Shown here in pieces: positions 47,627-58,149 of a stretch of 64,000 bases of DNA; position 1 is the first letter of the stretch, and every line of letters starts with the position of its first letter. Below the pieces are notes generated by a model, which was given only the letters and a program-made list of their open reading frames with translations, did not search any database and was not told where the DNA came from. Origin of the DNA: Alphaproteobacteria bacterium (GTDB lineage Bacteria > Pseudomonadota > Alphaproteobacteria > GCA-2731375); assembly GCA_965232515.1 (NCBI GenBank), contig CBDDPY010000002.1, positions 5,760,001 through 5,824,000 of the forward strand, given 5' to 3'. A program made the translations under genes and the position numbers.

Positions 47627-48232
47627 ATGGCGCGCAAACGAAACGAAGCGGCCTTCGCGGCCCGGCGGTCGGAGATTCTCCGGGCGGCGGAGGCGTTGTT
47701 CGTGGCGCACGGCTTTCATGGCACCGGCATGGCGGCGATCTGCGAGGCCGCCGGCATGAGCCCCGGCACGCTCTACCGCTACTTCCCGGCCAAGGCCGAC
47801 ATCATCAGGGCTATCGTCGCCGAGGAACGGGCCGAGACGGCGGCCTGGTTCGACCGGCTGGACGACGCGGCGGATTTCCAGGCGGCGCTGGTGGCGGCGT
47901 TGGCCGAGGCCATCGACGCGGTCGCGGACGAGACCTACGGCCGGCTGGCGCTCGAGATCGCGGCGGAGGCCGGCCGCGATGCCGATATCGCCGCCATTCT
48001 GGCCGAGGCCGAAACCGAAGCCCGCGAGCGCCTGACCGCCATCATCGCCGACGCCCAACGTCGCGGCGATGTCGACGCCACGGCCGATCCCACGACCACG
48101 GCACGGCTGCTGCTCATGCTCATCGACGGCGCCACAGGCGCGGGACCGGGCGCACTTCCGATGCCGGCGAAACAGCTTCGCCAGGCGTTGCGGCGCCTGC
48201 TCGACGGCCTGCTCGGCCCGGCCGAAACCTGA
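47627..48232 (+). CDS. TetR-family regulator
   Basis: ILRAAEALFVAHGFHGTGMAAICEAAGMSPGTLYRYF; GGAG RBS. Confidence 0.92.
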   Translation: MARKRNEAAFAARRSEILRAAEALFVAHGFHGTGMAAICEAAGMSPGTLYRYFPAKADIIRAIVAEERAETAAWFDRLDDAADFQAALVAALAEAIDAVADETYGRLALEIAAEAGRDADIAAILAEAETEARERLTAIIADAQRRGDVDATADPTTTARLLLMLIDGATGAGPGALPMPAKQLRQALRRLLDGLLGPAET

Positions 48233-48369
48233 CGCGAAACGGCATCATTTCGACATTTTCGGAAGCATCGAAGCGAGCCGGAATTCCGCCGATCTTTCTG
48301 CTTGACCATTCCTGTGCATGGGGTTGTTCCGCGATCTCCCCTGCGTGACCCCCCCCCCCCGGGGTTGGA

Positions 48370-49632
48370 TCAGGTGTCGCGGGCGGCCTGGGTCACCTCC
48401 TCGATCGACGTCACGGTCTGTCGGCTCAGCATCAGCTCGCGGGCGAGCCGCAGCGCCCGGCGCTCGCAGGCGGCGCGGCGATCCGGGTCCTCGATCCATT
48501 CGAGGTCGATGTTGTGGGCGAGGCCGAGGATGCGGCGGATCATCTTCGCTGCGGCGAAACCGAGCGTGTCCGCGAACAGGGCCGCCATGTAGCGCGCCTG
48601 CGCCGCTTGCATGGCGTCGGGCGCCGCGTCGAACAGCGGACGCGGATAGGCGTCGCCCGTCAGCCCCTTGTCCCAAAGCGCCCGGAACTTGGCATCGAAC
48701 AGCGTCCAGCACTCCTCGACCTGATCCAGCACCCAGGCCTTGTAGGCTTCGCGGTCTTCCGTCTCGGTCGCGTGGCCGTCCTGGCTGCAATAGTTCAGCA
48801 GCAGGTTCGCGATCAGCGCGCCGGTGTCGAAGCCCATGGGCCCGTAGAAGGCGAACTCCGGATCGATCACCCGCGTATCGTCCGCCGTCACCATGATCGA
48901 GCCGGTGTGCAGGTCGCCGTGCAGCATGGCCTGGGTCTCGGTCATGAATTTCAGCTTCAGCTCCGAGACAGCCAGCTTCAGCGGGCCGTCCGCGCGGATC
49001 GCTTCCGCGCCGGCGTCGAGCTGTGGCGTCGTCCAGCGGTTGTTCTCGGCCACCATGTAGGGCTCGGTGAAGATCAGGTCCTCGGTGATCTTGCACAACG
49101 CCGTGTTGCCGCAGAAGGCCGCGACCTGCGCCTTCTTCTCAGCCGCGGTCAGGGCGAGATCCGAGGTGCCGAACAGCGTCTCGGCCATGAACGTGGTGAT
49201 GTGGTCGGCGAAGTGCGGATAGACGATCGCGTCGATCATGCCGCGCCGCATGATGATGTGCGGCTGCAACAGCTCCATGACGATCAGCGCCAGCGTCTCG
49301 TCGTAGTGCAGCACGCGCGGCGCCAGCCCGGGGGCGAGCCGGTTGTGTGCGCCCAGCGCCAGCTGCTCGAAATGCGCCCGCGACAGCGGCAGCGGCCAGC
49401 TCTCGCCGACGAGCCGCACATAGGGCAGGGCCTGCTTCACGGCGACGCCGCCGTCGGCGCCGTCCACGATGAACACCAGATTAAGGTTGCCGTCGCCGAC
49501 CTCACGCACCCGCCAGGCCTCGGGCCCGCCGCCCAGCACCGCCGCGACCTCGTCGACGCCGGCCAGATAGGCCGGCAGCGATTTGTCGTCGTGCGGCTTG
49601 TAGCCCGGCGGCGTTTCCAGCGTTGCGTCCAT
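48370..49632 (-). CDS. mtnK: S-methyl-5-thioribose kinase
   Basis: EVGDGNLNLVF, KQALPYVRLVGESWPL, HGDLHTGS, IDPEFAFYGPMGFD and RRILGLAH. Confidence 0.92.
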   Translation of the reverse strand: MDATLETPPGYKPHDDKSLPAYLAGVDEVAAVLGGGPEAWRVREVGDGNLNLVFIVDGADGGVAVKQALPYVRLVGESWPLPLSRAHFEQLALGAHNRLAPGLAPRVLHYDETLALIVMELLQPHIIMRRGMIDAIVYPHFADHITTFMAETLFGTSDLALTAAEKKAQVAAFCGNTALCKITEDLIFTEPYMVAENNRWTTPQLDAGAEAIRADGPLKLAVSELKLKFMTETQAMLHGDLHTGSIMVTADDTRVIDPEFAFYGPMGFDTGALIANLLLNYCSQDGHATETEDREAYKAWVLDQVEECWTLFDAKFRALWDKGLTGDAYPRPLFDAAPDAMQAAQARYMAALFADTLGFAAAKMIRRILGLAHNIDLEWIEDPDRRAACERRALRLARELMLSRQTVTSIEEVTQAARDT

Positions 49633-49838
49633 CCCCATCACTCCCTGCACGGATTTCGTTTGCCGGCGATTTTGGCGGTCCGGGCCGCGCGACGCAAAGG
49701 CGAAAGTCGCCTCTGTACGCGCCGCGCCGAACCGGTTTAAATGACGACCAACGGCGCGGGCAAAGACGCCGAACAAGTTGACAGGGGAATTGGGGAGGCG
49801 ATCGTTTGCGTAACCTTGCACGGGCGGGTCGCGCCTAG

Positions 49839-50822
49839 ATGGCGGTGACGCATGCCGAGTCCGGGGCGCCGTCGCGGGACGCACATCCCGATTGGTTCAC
49901 ATCGAAGAAGCCGCGCAGCCATCTGATCGTTGCGCGCTGGGTGCCGCTGGCGCTGGTCGGGCTGCCGGTGCTGACGCTGTTCGCCATCGTCGTCTATCCG
50001 ACGATCTGGATGTTCTATCACGCCTTCCAGGACACCAACATGATGCGGCTGTTCCAGGGCAACTGGAGCTTCGTCGGTTGGGAGAATTTCGGCACCGTCC
50101 TCGGCTCCGACCGGTTCACCGATTCGGTCGTGCATCTGGCGCAATACCTGCTATTCGGCTGCGCGCTGCAGGTGCTGCTCGGCACTGTGCTGGCGCTGAC
50201 GCTCTACGAGCTGGTGACGAAGAACTGGCTGCGCGTCCTGCTGCTGATCGCCATGGTGCTGCCGATGATGCTGCCGCCGTCGATCGTCGGCGTGCTCTGG
50301 AAGTTCCTGCTGACGCCGTCGAACGGCGCCATCAACCAGGCGCTGTTGAACCTGGGCCTGATCGTTGAACACATCGAATGGTTTAACGCCGGCGTTTCAC
50401 TGTGGTCGATCATCATCGCCGACGTCTGGAATTGGACCGCGCTGCCGTTGCTGATCGTCTATTCGGGCCGGGTCTCGTTGCCGCCGTCGGTCTACGAGGC
50501 CGCGCGCGTCGACGGCGCCGGGCGCTGGCTGGTGATGCGCCGCATCACGCTGCCGATGCTGAAGGAGGTGATCGCCATCGCCTTCATCATCCGCTTCATG
50601 GACGCATTCAAGTTCGTCGACCTGGTCTACGTGATGACCTCGGGCGGGCCGGCGCAGAGCTCGGAGCTGCCGGCCTATATCGCCTTCCAGCGCGGCATCC
50701 GCGAGTTCGCCATCGGCGAGGCGGCGGCCTATGCGATCATCATCTTCGCGATCTCGGCCATCCTGATCACGCTGTTCCTGAAGTACCTGAAGAAGGTGCT
50801 GAAGGCGCAGGGCATCGCCTGA
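49839..50822 (+). CDS. Carbohydrate ABC permease
   Basis: FVGWENF, DVWNWT and YEAARVDGA EAA motif. Confidence 0.9.
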   Translation: MAVTHAESGAPSRDAHPDWFTSKKPRSHLIVARWVPLALVGLPVLTLFAIVVYPTIWMFYHAFQDTNMMRLFQGNWSFVGWENFGTVLGSDRFTDSVVHLAQYLLFGCALQVLLGTVLALTLYELVTKNWLRVLLLIAMVLPMMLPPSIVGVLWKFLLTPSNGAINQALLNLGLIVEHIEWFNAGVSLWSIIIADVWNWTALPLLIVYSGRVSLPPSVYEAARVDGAGRWLVMRRITLPMLKEVIAIAFIIRFMDAFKFVDLVYVMTSGGPAQSSELPAYIAFQRGIREFAIGEAAAYAIIIFAISAILITLFLKYLKKVLKAQGIA

Positions 50823-50837
50823 GGACGGACGCGGGCG

Positions 50838-51677
50838 ATGAGCGAAAAGAACTACCGCCTAGTCAAGACGCTCTTGCTGATTTTTGTCGGCATCTGGCTG
50901 CTGTTCACGCTGTTCCCGTTCTATTGGCAGATCATCACCGCTTTCAAGTCGGCGGCCGAGACCAACCGCACCATCCCGACCTTCTGGCCCGAGGTCTGGC
51001 ATCCCGAGAACTTCGCCGCCGTGTTTGCCGAGCGCTCCAACTTCAGCGCGCTGGTCGACAGCTTCATCATCGCCACCGGCAACACGCTGCTGTCGTTGTT
51101 CCTGGGCACGCTCGCCGGCTACGCCTTCGCCCGCTTCCCGCGTCAGGCCGGCGGCGAGAACCTGGCCTTCTGGATCCTGTCGAACCGCATGTTCCCGCCG
51201 GTCGCCGTGCTGGTGCCGATGTTCTTCCTGTTCGACGCCACGCCCTGGGGCACCGACAGCCACCTGTCGCTGATCATCCTCTATCTCGTCTTCAACATGC
51301 CGCTGGCAACCTGGCTGATGATGGTGTTCTTCCGCGACGCGCCGCGCGAGCTGGAGGAGGCGGCCTATCTCGACGGCTACACGCCGTTCCAGGCGTTCCG
51401 CAAGGTGACGCTGCCGCTGGTGCTGCCGGGCATGATCTCGGTCGCCATGCTGTGCTGGATCTTCGCCTGGAACGAATATCTCTTCGCCAACCTGTTCGTC
51501 GGCACCGACGTCAAGACCTTCACCATCGTCATCCCGACCTTCACGCATGGCAGCCAGACGCTCTGGAACCTTCAGATGGCCTTCAGCCTGATCGCCGTGC
51601 TGCCGCCGGTCATCCTGTTCATCGTGCTGCGCCGCTATATGGTGCGCGGCCTGTCGCTCGGCGTCGTGAAGGGCTGA
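50838..51677 (+). CDS. Carbohydrate ABC permease
   Basis: ELEEAAYLDG, AWNEYLFA and ending GVVKG. Confidence 0.9.
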   Translation: MSEKNYRLVKTLLLIFVGIWLLFTLFPFYWQIITAFKSAAETNRTIPTFWPEVWHPENFAAVFAERSNFSALVDSFIIATGNTLLSLFLGTLAGYAFARFPRQAGGENLAFWILSNRMFPPVAVLVPMFFLFDATPWGTDSHLSLIILYLVFNMPLATWLMMVFFRDAPRELEEAAYLDGYTPFQAFRKVTLPLVLPGMISVAMLCWIFAWNEYLFANLFVGTDVKTFTIVIPTFTHGSQTLWNLQMAFSLIAVLPPVILFIVLRRYMVRGLSLGVVKG

Positions 51678-51682
51678 TCGCC

Positions 51683-52789
51683 ATGGGGCGTCTGGAAATC
51701 GAAGGGCTGTGCAAGGGCTGGGACTTCCCCGTCATCGATGACCTGGATCTCACCGTCGAGGAAGGCGAGTTCTTCGTCGTCGTCGGCCCGAGCGGCATCG
51801 GCAAGACCACGCTGCTGCGCCTCGTCGCCGGCCTGGAGCAGCCGGACCAGGGCCGCGTGATCGTCGGCGGCCAGGACCTGACCGGCCTGCCACCCTATCG
51901 CCGACCGGTGGCCATGACCTTCGAGAGCTATGCGCTTTACCCGCACTTGAGCGTGTTCGAAAACATCGCCAGCCCGCTGCGCGCCCGCAAGACCGACGCC
52001 GCCACGATCAAGGCCCGCGTGCACGACGTGGCGACGCTGCTGCGCATCGACCAGCTGCTCGACCGTCGTCCGGGCGAGATCTCGGGCGGCCAGAAGCAGC
52101 GGACGGCGTTGGGCCGCACGCTGGTGGCGCAGCCCGAGGTCTTCTTGCTGGACGAACCGATCAGCCATCTCGACGCCAAGATCCGCCACGAGCTGCGCTC
52201 GCAGTTCCACAGCCTCGAGGAGCTGCGCCGGGTGGCGACGCTCTATGTCACGCACGATTACGCCGAAGCCCTGTCGCTGGGCGACCGCATCGGCGTCATG
52301 GGCAATGGCGGGCTGATGCAGGTCGGCACCGCGCGCGACGTGTTCACGCGGCCGCAGAGCCTCTTCGTTGCCCAGCATCTGGGACAGCCCGGCATCAACA
52401 CCATTGCCGCGCAGCTCAGCGCCGAAAACGGCGCGCTGCAGGCGCGGGCCGGCAATGCCGGTTTCGCGTTCCCCGTCGATCCGGCGCACGCGACGGCGCT
52501 GAACGGCACCGGTGGCGGTTCGATCACCGTCGGCATCCGGCCGCAGCATATCGGCGTGCTGCTGGACGGCGAGCCGGCGCCCGACCGTCATGTGTTCGAC
52601 GCCACGGTCGAGATCTATGAGGCGCTGGGCGCCAGCGGCGTGCTGGTCGCCGACGTCGGCGGCGTCAGCCTGACGGCGCTGACCGCGCCGGAGCGCATGT
52701 TCGACCACGGCCAGCCCGTGCGTCTCGCGCTGCAGACGGGCGCCGTGTTCTATTTCGACGCCGGCAGCGGCGCCAACCTGTTGTTGTAG
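51683..52789 (+). CDS. Carbohydrate ABC ATPase (MalK-like)
   Basis: GPSGIGKTT, ISGGQKQR, LLDEP and YVTHD. Confidence 0.9.
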   Translation: MGRLEIEGLCKGWDFPVIDDLDLTVEEGEFFVVVGPSGIGKTTLLRLVAGLEQPDQGRVIVGGQDLTGLPPYRRPVAMTFESYALYPHLSVFENIASPLRARKTDAATIKARVHDVATLLRIDQLLDRRPGEISGGQKQRTALGRTLVAQPEVFLLDEPISHLDAKIRHELRSQFHSLEELRRVATLYVTHDYAEALSLGDRIGVMGNGGLMQVGTARDVFTRPQSLFVAQHLGQPGINTIAAQLSAENGALQARAGNAGFAFPVDPAHATALNGTGGGSITVGIRPQHIGVLLDGEPAPDRHVFDATVEIYEALGASGVLVADVGGVSLTALTAPERMFDHGQPVRLALQTGAVFYFDAGSGANLLL

Positions 52790-52794
52790 CTGAT

Positions 52795-53901
52795 ATGGCG
52801 ACGATCACGCTCAAAGACGTCAACAAGATCTACCGCTCGCGCGGGCAGGCCGTGCATGCGGTCAAGGATCTGAACATGACCGTCGCGGACGGTGAGTTCG
52901 TGGCCCTGCTGGGACCGTCCGGCTGTGGCAAGACCTCGACCTTGCGCATGATCGTCGGCCTGGAAGAGATCACGTCCGGCGACATCCACTACGACGACCG
53001 GCGGGTCAACGACCTGGAGCCGCAGGAACGCAATGTCGCCATGGCGTTCGAGACCTACGCGCTCTATCCCAACTTCACCATCGCCGAAAACCTCGGCTTT
53101 CCGCTGGAGGTCCGCGGCCTGCCGGCGGCCGAGCGCAAGAAACAGGTCGACGAGATTGCGGCGCTGCTGCGCATCGAGGACATCCTCGATCAGACGCCCG
53201 GCGCGCTATCGGGCGGACAGCAACAGCGGGTCAGCCTGGGGCGTGCGCTGATCCGCGATCCGGCCGTGTTCATCCTCGATGAGGTCATGAGCCACATCGA
53301 CGCGCATCTTAAATTCCAGATGCTGTTCGAGCTGAAGGAGATCCATCAGCGCCTCGGCAAGACCATGGTCTACGTCACCCACGACCAGGTCGAGGCGCTG
53401 GCGCTGGCGGACCGTGTCGCCGTCATGAGCAATGCGCTCCTGCAGCAGGTCGGCACGCGCAACGAGCTCTACCACACGCCCGCCAACGTCTTCGTCGCCG
53501 ACTTCATCGGCGAACCGCCGACCAACTTCTTTCCCGTCGCGCTCGACGCCAATGGCGGCCAGCCGCGGCTGCGCGCCGAGAATGCCGATCTCGTGTTCGA
53601 GCCGTCGGACGATCTTGGCCGGCGGCTGCTGGACAACGGCCAACAGCAATTCATTGTCGGCATGCGGCCGCAGAACCTGCGGCTTGGCGAGATGCCGGAT
53701 GGCCGCGCGCTCCAAGCCGAGGTGACGATCAACGAGTATCTCGGCGAGCAGACGATCCTGACGCTGCGCGATCGCGACCATGTCTTCCGCGCACTGGCGC
53801 CGCCGGAGACGGCGGTCGGACGTGGCGAGACCGTGACGCTGCGCTATCTACCTAGCGACGTCATGGTGTTCGATGCGCAATCGGAGGCGTTGATCACCTG
53901 A
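52795..53901 (+). CDS. Carbohydrate ABC ATPase (MalK-like)
   Basis: GPSGCGKTS, LSGGQQQR and YVTHDQ. Confidence 0.9.
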   Translation: MATITLKDVNKIYRSRGQAVHAVKDLNMTVADGEFVALLGPSGCGKTSTLRMIVGLEEITSGDIHYDDRRVNDLEPQERNVAMAFETYALYPNFTIAENLGFPLEVRGLPAAERKKQVDEIAALLRIEDILDQTPGALSGGQQQRVSLGRALIRDPAVFILDEVMSHIDAHLKFQMLFELKEIHQRLGKTMVYVTHDQVEALALADRVAVMSNALLQQVGTRNELYHTPANVFVADFIGEPPTNFFPVALDANGGQPRLRAENADLVFEPSDDLGRRLLDNGQQQFIVGMRPQNLRLGEMPDGRALQAEVTINEYLGEQTILTLRDRDHVFRALAPPETAVGRGETVTLRYLPSDVMVFDAQSEALIT

Positions 53902-53985
53902 CGGCAAGACGAAAAGACCCGGCGCAGAACGCGCCCTCAGCAACGGCCGGCGACAGCCAAGGCCGAACGAAGGGAGGCAAAGACC

Positions 53986-55530
53986 ATGGGATTGTTCAAC
54001 GGTTATACCCGGCGCAAGTTCCTGAGAGGTGCCGCGGCGGGCGCCGGCGCGGCGGCGGCCGCCAGCGTGCTGCCGAGGCGGTCGCTCGCGGCGACACCGG
54101 TACCGCCCGGCAAAAAGCTGTTCAACGATATTGAGCTGACCTACTTCCAGGATTCGAACTGGCTGCATTCGCCGTTGTGGCTGTCGCCGCATCTGATGAA
54201 AGAGGCCGGCGTCGGCATCAAGAGCCGCGAGAACTATGACGGCGGCGACGCTGTCGCCAAGATCCTGCCGCAGCTGCTGTCGCGCAAGCCACGCTTCGAC
54301 TGGGTGCAGTATCCGAGCCTGTTCTTCGGCGCTTTCGCCGAAAGCGGCCAGCTCGAGCCGCTCGACGACTATCTCGCGCAGTATGAAGGCACGGACGAAT
54401 ATCTCGACTGGGTAATGCCGGCCTATCGCGAGTTCTATACCAAGTGGAGCGGCAAGACCTACGGCGTGATGCTGGACGGCGACATCCACATCCTGCACTA
54501 CCGCAAGAGCCGCTTCGAGGATCCCGAGCTGCAGAAGAAGTTTTCCAAGCGCTTCCAACGCGAACTGGAAGTACCGAAGACCTGGCTCGATTTCGTCGAC
54601 GCGACCCAGTTCTTCACCGAGGAGCTGAAGAGCCAGGGCGTCTACGGCACGTCCATGGTGGTGAACCCGCCGAACTTCGGCTGGGGGTTCTGGATGGATA
54701 TCGCGGCGTCCGCCGGAGTGAATTACTTCGACGAGAACATGAACCCGACCATCCACCTGGGCAAGGCGGCCGAGTCGCTGGATATCTACAAGGAGATCAT
54801 CAAGTTCGGCCCGCCCGGCGCCGAGGCCATGGACATCGGCACGACGATCCAGCGTTGGCAGTCCGGCGCCGACGTGATGTCGGTCTGGTGGATCGACCTG
54901 TCCGAGTTCACCGTGCAACAGCAGGGCCCGGATCTGGCCGAGGATCAGCGCGGCGCCATCGTGCCGGGCTGGAAGAACGACGACGGCTCGATCACCAACC
55001 GGGCGATCTCGCTCTGGTGCCGCACGGCCTCGATCCCAAAGAACCTTCCGCAGGACGTGAAGGACGCGGCGTTCTATTTCATCTACCGGATGTCGCATCC
55101 GGACTATTCGAACGAGATGGTGGCCGACGAGTATTGCGGCTCGGATCCGTACGGCAAATCGCATTACGGCGACGAAGCGGCGAAGCTCTATCTGCAGGCC
55201 AATCCGCAGCGCGGCACCGACAACGAGCTGTGGAAGACCAATGCCGGCATCTTCAAGAACTTCGACACGGCGAAGAACCATCTCGACGCCGGTCTCGCCA
55301 ATGTCGAGGTCGGCTACCCGCAGTTCTTCTGGGAAGGCGCGCCGGAATATGCCGACGCGCTGGGCCGGAATATCTCGAAGGCGGTGTCGGGTCAGTTGAC
55401 CAGCCAGCAGGCGCTAGACGAAGCGGCCGAGGAATGGACCAAGATCGCCCAGAAGCTGGGCCTCGACAGCCAGAAGCGGCAGTACCGCAACTTCATCGAT
55501 GGCGCGCGCAAGCTCGGCTACAAGATCTGA
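53986..55530 (+). CDS. Carbohydrate ABC substrate-binding protein with Tat signal
   Basis: TRRKFL twin-arginine signal; LEPLDD, DGD..ILHYRK and PKTW family-1 motifs. Confidence 0.88.
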   Translation: MGLFNGYTRRKFLRGAAAGAGAAAAASVLPRRSLAATPVPPGKKLFNDIELTYFQDSNWLHSPLWLSPHLMKEAGVGIKSRENYDGGDAVAKILPQLLSRKPRFDWVQYPSLFFGAFAESGQLEPLDDYLAQYEGTDEYLDWVMPAYREFYTKWSGKTYGVMLDGDIHILHYRKSRFEDPELQKKFSKRFQRELEVPKTWLDFVDATQFFTEELKSQGVYGTSMVVNPPNFGWGFWMDIAASAGVNYFDENMNPTIHLGKAAESLDIYKEIIKFGPPGAEAMDIGTTIQRWQSGADVMSVWWIDLSEFTVQQQGPDLAEDQRGAIVPGWKNDDGSITNRAISLWCRTASIPKNLPQDVKDAAFYFIYRMSHPDYSNEMVADEYCGSDPYGKSHYGDEAAKLYLQANPQRGTDNELWKTNAGIFKNFDTAKNHLDAGLANVEVGYPQFFWEGAPEYADALGRNISKAVSGQLTSQQALDEAAEEWTKIAQKLGLDSQKRQYRNFIDGARKLGYKI

Positions 55531-55587
55531 GGCCAAGCGACGTCAATGAAACGATCGGGGAGGGCATGGCCCTCCCCATTTCTTTCC

Positions 55588-57102
55588 CTACGACGGGGTC
55601 GCCTGTCGGTGCAGGATGTCGGCCATGGCCGGATAGGTGTCTCGATAGGCCTCGAAGTAGGGCCGGTAGGCGGCATGGCGGTCGGCGTCCGGCTCAATGC
55701 GCCGGGTGACTCGGACCATGGCGTCGGCGCCTGCTGCGACATTGTCGAACAAGTCCGCGCCGACGGCCGCCAGAATGGCCGAGCCCAGGCTCGGCGCGTC
55801 GGCGACGGCCGTCAGGTTGAGCGGGATGCCCGAGACGTCGGCATGGGTTTGCAACCAGAGATCGGACCGCGTGGCGCCGCCGCAGACGGCGATCTCGGCC
55901 GGCTCGAAACCGTTCTCGCGCATGGCCGCGAAAATCAGTTCGGTGCCGTAGCAGACCCCCTCTATGATGGCGCGGAAGAGGTGGGCCGGACCATGTTTCA
56001 GCGTCAGTCCCGAGATCACGCCGCGCGACAGCGGATCGGTGTAGGGCGTGCGATTGCCCTGGAAGTGGTCGAGGACGACCAGTCCTTCCGCGCCTGGCGG
56101 CAACTCGGCGGCGGCGGCGTTGAGCTGTTCGTAGGTGACGTCGTCGCCCAGCAGGTTCTTGAACCAGTTCACCACCGAGCCCGTCGACACCTGCCCGCCC
56201 TCGACCGTGTGCAGGCCGGGCATGACGGCGTCGGCATAGGTGCCCCAGATGCCCGGACCGTGAAAGGCGGCTTCGCTCAAGCCCAGATGCAGGTGCGACG
56301 AGCCGGTGATCAGCGCGAACCGCTCCGGCCGCACGACGCCCAGGCCGATCATGGCGACGAACGCATCGGCGCCGCCCTGCGCGATCGGCAGGCCAGTCGG
56401 CAGGCCCAGGTGATCGGCGGCGGCCGTCGTCAGGCCGCCAATGGTCTCGCCCAGCGCCAGCACCTCGGGCGGCAGCCTACCGGCCAGTTCCGGCATGCCG
56501 ACGGCGTCGAGCAGGCTGTCCTGAAACCCGCCGTTGCGGGAATCGTAGTGCCAGCGCACGGCCGCGTTGTTGATGCTCGCCACCCGACGGCCCGTCAGGT
56601 GGAAGGTCATGAAGTCCTGGTATTCGCAGATCGTATGCGCCGCGGCGAAGGTCTCGGGTTCGTGCGCCTTCAGCCAGGCCGCCTTCGGCAGCAGCCATTC
56701 GGCCGAGACCGGGCCGCTGCCGCCGCCGTTGATCTTCAGCGCCGGGTCGCCGCTGCCTGCGATCATCGCGGCTTCGGCGCCGGCGCGCACGTCCATCCAG
56801 ATCAGGGCCGGACGCAGCGGCTGGCCGTTCACGTCGAGCGCGACGACGCTGCAGCAGGTGGTGTCGACCGCCATGCCGGCGATGGCGTCCGGCGATACAT
56901 CGGCGTCGGCGACGGCGCGGCGGACCGACTCGGCCAGCGCGTTCCACCAGTCGGCCGGGTTCTGTTCGGCCCAGCTCGGATTCGGAAATGCTGTCTCATA
57001 GGCGGTCGAGGCAAAGGCCAACGGCGTACCGCCCAGGTCGAACACCCCGGCACGCAAGCCTTCGGTGCCGCCATCGACCCCGATAACGTAAGGACCTGTC
57101 AT
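55588..57102 (-). CDS. FGGY-family carbohydrate kinase (ribulokinase-like)
   Basis: GVDGGTEG, AEQNP.DWW, DTTCCS, WMDVRA, FQGNRTP and GGATRS. Confidence 0.9.
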   Translation of the reverse strand: MTGPYVIGVDGGTEGLRAGVFDLGGTPLAFASTAYETAFPNPSWAEQNPADWWNALAESVRRAVADADVSPDAIAGMAVDTTCCSVVALDVNGQPLRPALIWMDVRAGAEAAMIAGSGDPALKINGGGSGPVSAEWLLPKAAWLKAHEPETFAAAHTICEYQDFMTFHLTGRRVASINNAAVRWHYDSRNGGFQDSLLDAVGMPELAGRLPPEVLALGETIGGLTTAAADHLGLPTGLPIAQGGADAFVAMIGLGVVRPERFALITGSSHLHLGLSEAAFHGPGIWGTYADAVMPGLHTVEGGQVSTGSVVNWFKNLLGDDVTYEQLNAAAAELPPGAEGLVVLDHFQGNRTPYTDPLSRGVISGLTLKHGPAHLFRAIIEGVCYGTELIFAAMRENGFEPAEIAVCGGATRSDLWLQTHADVSGIPLNLTAVADAPSLGSAILAAVGADLFDNVAAGADAMVRVTRRIEPDADRHAAYRPYFEAYRDTYPAMADILHRQATPS

Positions 57103-57179
57103 CCTGTCACTCCCCTGGGCGCCCTGTCTTTCGAGCTTGGCGCCGATTTTGGAAGCGCACATGCAGGAGCGCAACAGCC

Positions 57180-58115
57180 ATGATTGTCGTCTTCGGTTCT
57201 CTCAACGTCGATGTCGTCATGCAGGTGAATGCGCTGCCGAAACCGGGTGAGACGGTGATCGGCGGCCACTATTTCGCGGTGCAGGGCGGCAAGGGCGCCA
57301 ACCAGGCGCTGGCGGCGGCCCGCGCCGCGCCGAATAACGCGACCAAGGTGGCCATGGTCGGCCGGGTTGGGAAAGACGATTGGGGCCGGTTCGCGACCGA
57401 GCGGCTGGCCGAGGCCGGCGTCGACCTGAGCTGCGTGCAGCCGGCGGAGTCGCCGACCGGCTATGCCACGATTTGCGTGGATGCGGCCGGCGAAAACGCC
57501 ATTGCCGTCGCCAGCGGCGCCAACATGGATCTGACCGCCGAGCAGGTCGACGATGCCTGGCTGCAGTCCGGCGACTGGCTGGTCATGCAGATGGAGGTGC
57601 CGGCGGCCGAGAACTGGCGGGTCGCCGCGCACGCGAGAAGCCGGGGCGCGAAAGTGCTGTTGAATGTGGCGCCAGCCAGCGTGATCCCCGAAGAGGTTCT
57701 GGCCTCGGTGGATGTGTTGGTCGTGAACGAAATCGAGGCCGGCATGGTCGCCGGTGCGGTTGCCGGATCGCCCGACGCGGCGCAGGCGATCACGCGGGAC
57801 CTGAGCCAGCGCCACAACCTCTCTTGCATTACCACGCTCGGCGCCGACGGCGCGGTGGTCGCGTCGCCGGACGGCAGCTGGCAGATCGACGCCTTGCCGA
57901 TACAGGCCGTCGATACCACGGGCGCGGGCGACGCGTTCGTCGGGGTGCTGGCGGCATCGCTGCATGGGGGATCGGATCTGCTGTCGGCACTGCGTCGGGC
58001 TGTCGTCGGCGCGGGCCTGAGCTGCATGACCGCCGGCGCGCAATCGAGTTTTGCCGCGGCGGCCGATATCGATGGCCGGATCGACGATTTGGCGCCGCCG
58101 CGGCCGACCGCTTAG
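57180..58115 (+). CDS. rbsK: Ribokinase (PfkB family)
   Basis: GSLNVD, GGKGANQALAAAR, VNEIE and DTTGAGDAF. Confidence 0.85.
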   Translation: MIVVFGSLNVDVVMQVNALPKPGETVIGGHYFAVQGGKGANQALAAARAAPNNATKVAMVGRVGKDDWGRFATERLAEAGVDLSCVQPAESPTGYATICVDAAGENAIAVASGANMDLTAEQVDDAWLQSGDWLVMQMEVPAAENWRVAAHARSRGAKVLLNVAPASVIPEEVLASVDVLVVNEIEAGMVAGAVAGSPDAAQAITRDLSQRHNLSCITTLGADGAVVASPDGSWQIDALPIQAVDTTGAGDAFVGVLAASLHGGSDLLSALRRAVVGAGLSCMTAGAQSSFAAAADIDGRIDDLAPPRPTA

Positions 58116-58149
58116 AGCGTCGTTGTCTGCGTGAAGGGAGGGACACCCA

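Noticed and set aside
45436-47637. 733-aa ORF suggesting a desaturase-hydrolase fusion
   Set aside because: The N-terminal half is an off-frame read over the desaturase; the hydrolase has its own lipoprotein signal at 46536.
50402-52789. 795-aa ORF (and similar long extensions at 549-2663 and 15133-16560)
   Set aside because: High-GC stop-poor shadow extensions; recognisable domains begin at 51683, 2081 and 15691.
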